In this document: piece by piece, positions 1 through 10,550 of the stretch
How the letters are laid out: the number at the start of each line of letters is the position of its first letter
Numbering within the stretch: the first letter of the stretch is position 1
DNA from: Azolla caroliniana
Lineage: Eukaryota > Plantae > Polypodiophyta
NCBI GenBank assembly: GCA_043228905.1
Contig: JBHGNT010000020.1
Location: 14,074,001-14,138,000 of the forward strand
DNA length: 64,000 nucleotides
Reading direction: 5' to 3'
Position numbers and translations under genes: made by a program
Notes under the pieces: model-generated
The model's input: the letters and a program-made list of their open reading frames with translations, nothing else
The model's database searches: none
What the model was told of the DNA's origin: nothing

Positions 1-1763
1 AGTGGAGAAAGCCGTAGTATCCGCAAATGAGAAGCTCCACCGATACACCCGTGAAAAGAATCCTGTAAGCCGATTCGGCTACAATGATTATATGGCGTAC
101 CATTACGCTTTTATGATGAAGGTAGCGACAGTACGAGAGCCAGAAACGTTTTCCAAAGCCGCGACAAACCCCAGATGAGTTGAAGCGATGAATGAGGAGA
201 TGCAAGTACTCTCCAAGAACGAGACATGGGATCTCGTTCCCCACTCACCGCACAAGAAGACAATTAGTTGTAGATGGATCTACAAGGTGAAGTATAATGC
301 TGATGACTCCGTAAACCGTTACAAATCTTGACTCGTAGCGAAAGGATACGCTCAGACATGGAGCCGACTATGAAGAGACATTTGCCCCAGTGGCAAAGAT
401 GACGACGGTGCGGACCGTAATTGCACTTGCAGCGGCAAAAGGGTGGCACCTCCACCAGATGGACGTCAAGAACGCTTTCCTCCAAGGTGAATTAGAAGAG
501 GAGGTGTACATGGTACAACCTCCCGGCTTCGAATCATGCATTCATTCGAAAGCTGTGTGCTGACTCAAGAAGCCACTCTACGGCCTCAAGTAAGCACCGC
601 GTGCTTGGCATTCGAAGATTACGCAATATCTTCATCAAATCGGCTTTCGAATGTCGAAATTCAACAACTCCCTCTACGTACGACACAACTCTAGAAGGTT
701 AATTGTCATCATCCTATACGTGGATGATCTGGTCATTGGAGGTGAAAGTCTAGTCGACATCAACAAGGTCAAGTCCCTCCTCTCCGGTAAATTCGAGATG
801 ACGGACATGAAGGAGCTCCATTACTTCCTGGGCATCGAAGTAATTCGGATTCCGACCGACATTATGATCTCTCAACGGCACTACATCCTCAACTTGTTAT
901 ACAAGTTCGTGATGACTGAGTGCAAATCGGTGGCTACGCCTCTCGATCGAAACCTCAAACTAGATGCTGACTTCGACACAGATGAGTGCGAGCCAACTCA
1001 ATATCGTCAACTGATCGGGAGCCTCATCTATCTCACGATCACTCGACCCGAACTTAGCTATCTAGTCGGACTCCTTAGCCAATTCATGCAAACTCCGTGA
1101 GATATCCATTTCGATTGCGCTAAGCGATTATTACGATACGTGGGCGGCACAATGGATTATGACGCTCTCTACGCATCGGCCACACCAATACGACTCGAAG
1201 GGTACACAGACGTGGATTGGGAAGGCTACAAAGCCGATCGACGATCGACCTCCGGATTTGTCTTCTCGCTCGGTAGTGGAGCAATATCTTGGAGTAGTAA
1301 GAAGCAGCCTACCATCGCACTTTCGAGTACGGAGGCTGAATACAGGGGCGAAACTGTAACTGCATGTGAAGCTATATGGGTCAAGAGGATTTTGAAGGAT
1401 CTGGGCGTTCCCATCAAGGATCCGACTCCCATTTACTGCGACAACATGAGCAGTATATATTTAGCTCGAAACCCGGTGTTCCACGCATGCACAAAGCATA
1501 TCAAAGTGCACTACCACTTCATTCGAGAGCGTGTTCAGGCTAGAGATGTCGATCTTCTACACATCAACACGAATCTTCAGACAACCGACATCTTCACCAA
1601 GGCCCTAGGAGCCGACAAGCTTCGACAATTCATGTCAGACCTCAGATTGACGATTCTTGACTTGCCAAGCTTGAGGGGGAGTACAAGCGAGAACAGGATA
1701 CCGTTCGAACCAGGTATGAGCCGAAGCGGACACTGGAGATCATCCGAACCGGATACGAGCTGA
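1..1763 (+). pseudogene. pol: Copia A pol remnant (INT tail, RT, RNase H), several stops/frameshifts
   Basis: ORFs 651-1100 and 1140-1763; collinear with Copia B pol 6770-7741 and 22334-23048. Confidence 0.9.
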
Positions 1764-1812
1764 AGCGGACATTAATTGAAAGGAACCGACCCGAGTTGAG
1801 CTTGAGGGGGCA

Positions 1813-2323
1813 TGTTGAGAATCAAGCTCAACATAGTGCAATGTGTGAACACACCTTTAAGAATTGTTGAGAATCAAGCTCAACATAGTGCAATGTGTGA
1901 ACACACCTTTGAGAATCTATGTGCACTCAAAGGTCAAGAGTCATACCATTCTCTACACATTAAACTATGTGTCATAGAATCATATTCTATGACACATAAC
2001 TAATGAGTTACATATTCCCCATGACTATGAGTCTTCACATTCCCCAAGAGAGAGAGTGGTTGTTGTAAGTTAATGAAGAGAGAGGGCGACTCTATATAAA
2101 GCACCCTCCTCATACTTCATAAAAAGTCGGCTGTGACTCCTTGTTATGCTACATTTTGTAATTCTTATTCTACTTGTGAAATATACACCTTCTTCTTGAG
2201 TATTCTATTTTCCTCTCATTCAACTATCTTGAGTTCTCTTTTCTGTCCTCTCTTTTCCTCTCACACATACGCACATAACATATATCTATTCCGCTGCACA
2301 AGAATCACCATCGATTCTTTACA
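1813..2323 (+). repeat. 3' LTR of Copia A with 52-bp tandem duplication of its 5' end
   Basis: TGTTGAGAATCAAGCTCAAC at 1813 and again at 1865; ends GATTCTTTACA; TATATAAA ~2093; similar to the Copia B LTRs. Confidence 0.88.
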
Positions 2324-3609
2324 ATAACCTTTCACCCACGGAGCTAGAGGTTCTTCAGGAATATATCAATGAGAACTTGGTGAATGGGGTTATCCAGCAT
2401 TCAAGATGTCCTGCCAGCGCACCCATATTTTTCGTTAAGAAGAAAGATGGTTCGCTTTGTCTAGTCGTGGATTATTGAGGATTGAATAAAGTAACTATTC
2501 GAAACCGATATGCTCTACCATTGATTTCGAGCCTTCTGGAACGCCTTAGTGGAGCTAAGTATTTCACAAAGTTAGATCTTCGAGGTGCTTACAACCTTGT
2601 TCGAATTCGTCCTGAGGATGAATGGAAGACTACTTTCTGTACTCGCTATGGCCATTTTGAGTATACAATGATGCCATTTGGTCTCACGAATGCACCAACA
2701 GTTTTCCAACATATGGCGAATGACATTTTTCAAGATTTCCTCGATATTTTCGTCATAGTTTACCTGGATGATATCTTGATCTACTAAAAAACTCAAGAAG
2801 ATCATGATATACATGTTCGACAAGCTTTGCAACGGTTGTGTGAATATGGTCTCTATGCAAAATTGGAGAAGTGTAGTTTCGACCAGCGTCAAGTGGAATT
2901 TTTGGGGTACATAGTCTCTTCGCATGGCATCTCTAAGGATCTAGCAAAGGTTCAAACAGTTTTGGATCGGCAAACACCACAATTTGTGCGAGATGTACAA
3001 TGTTTTTTGGGGTTCGCAAACTTTTATCGCAAGTTCATCAAGGAATATTCAAAGATCCTATTGCCCCTCACTCAACTAACACAAAAGAATCGACCATTTG
3101 TGTGGAGTATAAATGCAAACTTTGCATTTGAAGGATTAAAGCAAGCATTTACATTCACACCAAATTTGATGCATGTTGATCCATTGAAGCGCTTTATACT
3201 CGAAGCTTATGCATCTGACTTCGTACTAGGAAGCGTATTATCCCAGATTAGCAATGATGGCCAACTACACCCTGTGGCTTTTCATTCACGGAAATTCGAA
3301 GCTGTAGAAATCAACTATGAGATTCACGACGAAGAGCTTCTTGCCATTGTGGATTCTTTTCAACAATGGCGTCCTTTTTTGGAGGGTTTGTCTCAACAAA
3401 TCATTGTCTATAATGATCGCAAAAACCTAACGTACTTCCAAAGTGCTCGAGTCTTGAGTTGTCGACAAGCTCGTTGGGCGCAGTTCTTAACTCGTTTTGA
3501 TTTCGTAATTCTATATCGCCCTGGGACGCAACAAGGAAAATCAGATGCTTTATCTTGATTTCATATATGGAACTTCAACCAGGAGAGGCCGCATTTGAAA
3601 GTCAGAAGC
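2324..3609 (+). pseudogene. pol: Tcn1-like chromovirus (Ty3/gypsy) RT-RNase H fragment
   Basis: [50 protein letters not shown]; in-frame stops. Confidence 0.88.
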
Positions 3610-3992
3610 TGTTGAGAATCAAGCTCAACTTGGTCTAGTGTGTGAACTCACCTTGAGAGTGAAGAGACACTCCAACGGTCAAGAGTCACCATTATGTCAC
3701 CACGTTGTATTCTAGCATTTAGTATGAGTCATAGAATCATATTCTATGACACATAACTTATGAGCTTTCACATTCCCCATGCTCCATGAGCCTTGTAGTT
3801 AATGAAGAGAGAGGGTGACTATATAAAGCACCCTCCTCCCACCTTGTATTGTGTTGAGTCTTTCTCCTTTGTTAATATACTTTTACCTTGCGTATTCTCT
3901 GCGTTTCACTCTCACTCTCACTCTCACACACACATACACACATAGTTCACACCTATTCCGCTTCACAAGAATCCATCTCTTGATTCTTTACA
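3610..3992 (+). repeat. 5' LTR of Copia B
   Basis: TGTTGAG...TTTACA direct repeat of 23260-23639, followed by PBS. Confidence 0.95.
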
Positions 3993-4004
3993 TGGTATCA
4001 GAGC
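3993..4004 (+). promoter_or_regulatory. Primer binding site, tRNA-iMet
   Basis: TGGTATCAGAGC immediately after the LTR. Confidence 0.95.
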
Positions 4005-4156
4005 GATTTGGTAGCTCGATCTAGCCCATTCGCCTCATCGTGATCGTGTGTTGTGCTCCACGCCGACGACCAAGAACCGGCTCATCACTATCGTAGCTTC
4101 GCTACATAGCTCACATTCAAGAGAGAAAAAGAAGAAGAAGAAGAAGAATCGACAAA

Positions 4157-7100
4157 ATGAATACTCAAATGGGGAGCGCTCTCCCTACCAAGAAGTTGGA
4201 TCGAAACAACTTCGCATCTTGGGAGTACAAGATGCACCAATACCTTGTCGGACAAGGCTATTGGAGCTACATCAAAGGAGCGCATGAAGACCGACCCGCC
4301 GAAGCGGCTCCCGGATACGCAACATGGGAGCAAGCCGCAAGCCACAAGCCGCGTGATGTATTGTTTGGAGACATGTGTTCACGACCACATGCTCGGTTAC
4401 ATTCGAGAAGCCAAGACGCCGAAGGAAGCGTGGGAAAACCTACGAAAGATTTTCGCCGCCAACACGACCGCGAGGAAGCTTCAACTCCGCCAAGAGTTGA
4501 ACAACATTCAACAAAGGGATATGTCGATCACGACATACACCTTGAAGATCAAGGAGCTTTGCGACTCGCTTGGCTCAATAAGCATAAGTATAGATGATGA
4601 TGAGATGGTGCAAATATGCCTCGGCGGCCTCGCACCACGGTTCAGCGCAATGCGAACCGCCGTTCTAGCACGGGAGAGATCTCCCTCCTACTTCGAGCTC
4701 CAATCAATGCTATTGGTCGAAGAAAACCACGTGCGTACAAGGAGCAATGAGTCGGAAGGCCACATGCTCTACACACACTCTAATGGAGGAAGAGGACGTG
4801 GACGAGCGAGAGGCCGATTCGGCCAAGCACAAGGCGGACGAGGTCCGACCTACGACAACAACTCCCAATTTCGGCCGCAAAACGGAGGCCAACGAGGAAC
4901 CTTCGCAAGAAGGGGGAGCTTCCACTTCGGCCCGAGCCGTCAAAACGTAACCGAATGCGGATATTGCGGAAAGCTCGGCCACCACGAAGAAGAGTGCCGA
5001 AAGAAGATGCGTGAATCGGCTTTCACAAGCCGACAACTCACGAATTACGCGCACAATTCCGACTACGAAGAGTATAGTGGAATGTACGGGCACAACTCCG
5101 ACTACGAGGATCGTGGCGGAATGTACGCATACAACTCCGACCGTGGCGGAATGTTCATGATGAAACATAGAGCAAACTCTATGTCGGCCTCTACCTCAAC
5201 TAGTGCCCTCAATCCGGAGGACGTATGGTTTGTTGACTCCGGAGCCTCAAACCATATGACTTCGAGAGCTGGAGCGACCCGGTTATGTCGAAACCGGAGA
5301 TGACACTACGCACCCGATTCGGCACATCGGCAATGTTCCGTTCGGTGAAAGAGGTAAGCAAACATACATTAAAAATGTCTTGCATGTACCCACCATCACA
5401 AAGAATTTGGTCTCGGTCGGCCAAATGGTTGAGCAAGGGATGCAAGTACGATTTGACCAAGAAGGGTGCTTCATCGAAAAAGAAGGCCGAATCATCGCAC
5501 GCGGAAGAAGAGAGGGCCAGCTGTTCATTCTCGATTCGCACGAGATGAAATCCGCCATGTTCGCGAAAAGCACGAAAGCCGACTCCAACATAGAGCTATG
5601 GCATAAGAGAATCGGCCACATCAATCTCAACAAACTCAAAGCAATGAAATCGAAAGGAGTCGTCATCAAACTTCCGACATTCAAAGAGAAGGATATTGAA
5701 GGTGTATGCGAAGCGTGCCAATTCGGCAAGCAACATCGACACCCATTTCCGAAGGAGCGGAATGTGAGCAAAGGCGTACTCGACGTAATTCATTTCAATG
5801 TATGGGGTCCGGCTCAAATGGTGACATTCGGCGGATGCCGATATTACGTGCTCTTCATCGACGACTTTTCTAGGCACACTTGGATCTACCCGATGCGGCA
5901 AAAGAGCGAAGTATTCAGACACTTCCAAAATTTCAAGAATGAAGTCAAGAAAGCCATGGGCCGACATGTACGATGCCTTCGATCGGATGGCGGCAGGGAG
6001 TACTTCTCGGACGATTTCACGACGTATCTCTGAAAGGAAGGAATTTGGCAAGAATTCACTTGCCGACACACTCCGCAACAAAACGGAGTAGCCGAGCGCA
6101 AAAATCGGCACATCCTGGAAGTAGCGCGGGCCATGATGAACGAGAAGCATATGCCCAAGTCATATTGGGCCGAATCTGCAAATACATCCGTCTACCTAAT
6201 GAACCGGTGCACAACATCTTGCGTGCACGAGGTCACTCCGCACGAAAGATTCTTCGGAAAGAAGCCGAACCTATCACATGTTCGGATATTCGGCTCCATT
6301 GCGTACGTGCACATCCCCGACGAGAAGCGTTAAAAGCTTGACCGGAAGTCGGAGAAATGTATCCTCGTAGGATACTCACTCGAACAAAAGGGGTACAAGT
6401 GCTACAACCCCTCAACTCGAAAATCTCGAGTAAGTCAAGACGTCGTCTTTGACGAGTCCGCATCCTGGTACGCACCAGAGACAACTTCGCCTCCGACTCC
6501 GCTCGACCCGGAATCTACCGAACAAGAGATCGAGGATGAAGATCGCCCTACGCGCATGATCGAAGAAAGTCCGATCACGACCCGACTGAGTGGACCACAA
6601 GAGCCTTTGAGCGATCAAATCACATCATGGCCTAGCCTGAAGCTAGACAAAGGCAAGGCGAAAATGGCGGAATATGAAGACAATTGCTTCGACGACGATG
6701 AATCGACTCACTCACTTGACAGTGAGTTCGACGGTTTCGAGGTACCAATCGGAGCCAAGAAAGCCCTTATCTCGGCAAATGAAAAGCTCCGCCGATCCAC
6801 TCGTGAAAAGAACCCCGTAAGCCGATTCGGCTACAACGATTATATTGCGTACCATTACGCCTTTATGATGAAGGTAGCGACAGTACGGGAGCCGGAAACC
6901 TTTTCGGAAGCCGCGAAGGACCCGCGATGGATCGAAGCAATGAACGAGGAGATGTAGGCACTACGGAAGAACGAGACGTGGGATCTCGTTCCCACCTCAC
7001 CACACAAAAAGGCGATCGGATGCAGATGGATCTACAAGGTGAAGTATAACGCGGATGGCTCTGTAAACCGCTACAAAGCTCGACTCGTAGCAAAAGGATA

Positions 7101-7741
7101 CGCTTAGACGCATGGCGTCGACTACGAAGAGACTTTTGCCCCGGTGGCAAGGATGACAACGGTGCGGACCGTAATTGCGCTTGCCGCGGCGAAAGGGTGG
7201 CACCTCCATCAAATGGACGTCAAGAACGCCTTTCTACAAGGCGAATTAGAAGAGGAGGTGTACATGATCCAACCACCCGGCTTCAACTCGAGCACTCATC
7301 CAAAAGCCGTATGCCGACTCAAGAAGCCACTCTACGGCCTCAAGCAAGCACCGCGTGCTTGGCATTCGAAGATAACGCAATATCTTCATCAAATCGGCTT
7401 TCGTATGTCAAAATCGGACAACTCCCTCTACATACGAAGCGATTTTGTAAGTCCGATCGTCATCATCTTATATGTGGATGACCTAGTCATTGGAGGTGAG
7501 CATCTCGTCGAAATCAATAAGGTCAAATCCCTCCTTTCCGACAAGTTCGAGATGACGGACATGCGGGAGCTCCACTACTTCCTCGGCATCGAGGTAATTC
7601 GGACTCCGGCTAGAATCATGATCTCTCAACGACACTACATCCTCAACTTGTTATACAAGTTCGGGATGACTGAGTGCAAATACGTGGCAACCCCGCTCGA
7701 TCGTAATCTCAAACTAGATGCGCACTCCGGCACCAAACCGT
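4157..7741 (+). pseudogene. gag-pol: Copia B gag-pol 5' part (gag, CCHC knuckle, PR, INT, RT)
   Basis: KLDRNNFASW, CGYCGKLGHHEEEC, WFVDSGASNHMT, LWHKRIGH, CEACQFGK, LYVDDL; frameshifts ~4345 and ~5262, stops 6031, 6331, 6955. Confidence 0.92.
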
Positions 7742-8480
7742 TGTCGTGGAGAAAACCGTCCATAAGCGGAATCGGCACACCAAGGCGTGGGAACCGGTTC
7801 TTCACGCGCGCACGCTCCAAGTTGTACGTAGAAGCGAATTAGGAGGATAATCGGCAGGAACGGGCCCTAACACAAGTGGAGACAAAGACCGCGCGAACAG
7901 TCTTTTCGGTCGCGCGCGCGAGCTAAGGAACTGTACGAGTCGGCGGCGTAACTACTCGGATGCGTGAAGAGCGGAGCGGATCCCTGTCCAAAAGGGACAG
8001 GGAATAAAGCTGACAGGACGGCCCGCTCGTCGGCCTATATAAGGAGCAGGAAAGAGCTGTTGCAGGCATCTCGGGCAGAGAGGACGAAGTGCTGTCGGGC
8101 CGTTTCGGGTTCCGAGGAGGCTCGCGCTGTTTCGAGGAACGCCCAAGTGCTTCCGGCAGCACCTCCGACCTGCTCCCCCCTTTGTGCGTCGAAGCGAACA
8201 AGTATCGGCATTTGTTCGCCGGCTTGTTCGGTTGTAACCAACCTGAGCCCCATCGAGGGTTGTAGTTGTGTTAGCCATTTTTGTTAATATACATATTTAG
8301 TCGTTCGCATCTGTCTGTGTCGGTGTCTGTTCGCGTTCTCCGTGCTGAAGGGCCGTGTCCCTGTGTATCCCCGGTCCTGCGTAGCCGGTTCTCTCTCTTT
8401 CTCCTCCCTCGCTTGCTCTTTGGTTCGAGACCCCCGCGGTCCCGCCTCGTCTCCACACGCACTTGCGAAATATCTCGACA
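7742..8480 (+). repeat. 5' LTR of Gypsy C (55-bp internal deletion relative to 3' LTR)
   Basis: TGTCGTGGAG...CTCGACA; lacks the TGGACG...GTGCA segment present at 21901-21955. Confidence 0.95.
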
Positions 8481-8484
8481 TCTT

Positions 8485-8502
8485 TGGTGAACCCGACGTG
8501 AA
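8485..8502 (+). promoter_or_regulatory. Primer binding site, tRNA-Trp (also 10511-10528 + and 46801-46818 -)
   Basis: TGGTGAACCCGACGTGAA, complementary to the plant tRNA-Trp 3' end ...TTCACGTCGGGTTCACCA; 4 nt from the LTR end. Confidence 0.85.
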
Positions 8503-8524
8503 AGAGGCGGCAGAAGAGCAGAAG

Positions 8525-9706
8525 ATGAGGGGGTCGGATCTTGCAGAGGCCATGGCTTCGGCCGTGGATCGGATTGTAAACGCGCGCGAGGGCACCGGTG
8601 CCCTCGACAGAGCTATTGAGGCGGTCGTCGGCACGATCGGCCGGTTCGATGGGAAGGATGCCACGAAGTATTTGGCGTCCTACGGTGCAGAGATGCTGAT
8701 GCGGGACATTCCGGAAGAAAGGCGTCTTGCCGGATTTCCCCGAGTGGCGATGCCGAGCATCCATGCGGAGGTGCTCGAGGTGCGGGCGGAGAGCCGTACC
8801 TGGGAGGAGTTCGAAGGTCGGCTCCTAGAGAAATACGGGCTGGACGACGCGCTCCGGCTTTCGAAGCGAAGGTTCATGGAATGGGTGGAGTCCCCGGGGA
8901 AGGGAAGAAACGCGTCGGCACTCCTCCGGGAGTTCGAGGAAAACTTTGCGCGCCTTTCGGCGCTCGACCGAACCATCCTGGACACGAGCCGGGTCTTGCT
9001 GTTTGTCAAGTCGGTCGACGAGCGGGATCAGGAGCAAGTGGGCCTCTTGCTGGAAACCGAAGACGGGCTCACTACCGACTGGGCGGCTGTCAAGAAAGTC
9101 TGTGGCCGTTTCGACAAACGGCGAGAATGGGCGGATAACGGGGCAGCCGGGTCGGGCTCGGTCGCAGCAAGGAAGCTCGAACCAGCGCCACAGGTGCGAA
9201 AGGAAGAGACCCGAGAGTGGTTGGAAACCGGTTCGGCTTCGACCGGCGTAGTCAGAGGCTCAACCGGAGGAGCGGCGCTGGAGGAATTGACGAGGGCGAT
9301 AAAGGACCTCCAAATCGCGCAAGCCCGAAGGGAAGGTGGCGAACCAGCTCGTGACCGACGGCCGGCGGCAGGAAACAGGTGCATGTGGTGCGATGAAGTC
9401 GGCCACATTCGGAAGGACTGCGGCGACTTCGCGGAGGCGCTGAGGAACAGGGTGGTGTACCTGTGGGAAGGACGGGTGCATGCCAGCGACACCCGAAGGG
9501 CCCTGAGCCGAAACGACGGGCGAGGTGGTATGAAAAGGTTGATGGAAGAGGCGGCGGCCCGACACGCGGAAACCGTCCACTACTCGGCGTCGGCCGGCAT
9601 TCGAGTCGGGGGCGGCGAGGCCCGAAGGGAAAGCAAAGCCGGATTCTGGCCGACGATGCTGGAAGGCCTTGCCGGTGCAAGGCTTAAAAGGGAGGAATCG
9701 GACCGT
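8525..9706 (+). pseudogene. gag: Gypsy C gag 5' half, split by insertion of D
   Basis: Nearly identical to D gag, CMWCDEVGHIRKDC knuckle; resumes at 17041. Confidence 0.92.
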
Positions 9707-10506
9707 TGTCGTGAAGAAAACCGTCTATAGGCGGAATCAGCGCACCAAGGCGTGGGAACCGGTTCTTCACGCGCGCACGCTCCGAGTTGTACATAGAAAC
9801 GAATTGAGAGGATAATCGGCAGGAACGGGCCCTAACTCAAGTGGAGACAAAGACCGCGCGAACAGTCTTTTCGGTCGCGCGCGCGAACTGTACGAGTCGG
9901 CGGCGTAACTACGCGGATCCGTGAAAAACGGAGCGGATCCCTGTCCAAAAGGGACAGGGAATAAAGCTGACACGACGGCCTGTTCGTCGGCCTATATAAG
10001 GAGCGGGAAAGAGCTGTTGCAGGGATCGGGCGCGGAGAGGACGAAGTGCTGTCGGACCGTTTCTGGACGCTTCGCTCTCTCTGTTTCCTTCCTTCTTGAG
10101 CTCCAAAGCTTTCTGTGCAGGGTTCCGGGGAGGCTCGCGCTGTTTCGAGGAACGCCCGAGTGCTTCCGGCAGCACCTCCGACCTGCTACCCCCCCCCCAT
10201 TTCCCCGTTTGTGCGTCGAAGCGAACAGGCATCGGCATCTGTTCGCCGGCCTGTTCGGTTGCAACCAACCTGTGCCCCATCGGGGGTTGTAGTCGTGTTA
10301 GCCATTTTGTTAATACACATATTTAGTCATTCGCATCCGTCTGTGTCGGTGTCTGTTCGCGTTCTCCGTGCTGAAGGGCCGTGTCCCTGTGTATCCCCGG
10401 TCCTGCGTAGCCGGTTCTCTCTCTTTCTCCTCCCTCGCTTGCTCTTTGGTTCGAGACCCCCGCGGTCCCGCCTCTATTCCACACGCACTTGCGTAATATC
10501 TCGACA
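9707..10506 (+). repeat. 5' LTR of Gypsy D
   Basis: Direct repeat of 16237-17036, TG...CA ends, TATATAA ~9993. Confidence 0.97.
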
Positions 10507-10550
10507 TCTTTGGTGAACCCGACGTGAAAGAGGCGGCAGAAGAGCAGAAG

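Larger units (their letters stand above)
1..2323 (+). mobile_element. Ty1/copia element A (3' part; 5' end outside window)
   Basis: Copia RT (LYVDDL) and RNase H (KHIKVHYHFIRE) remnants, PPT TTGAGGGGGCA 1802-1812, LTR TG...CA 1813-2323; followed by ATAAC and Gypsy RT sequence. Confidence 0.92.
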
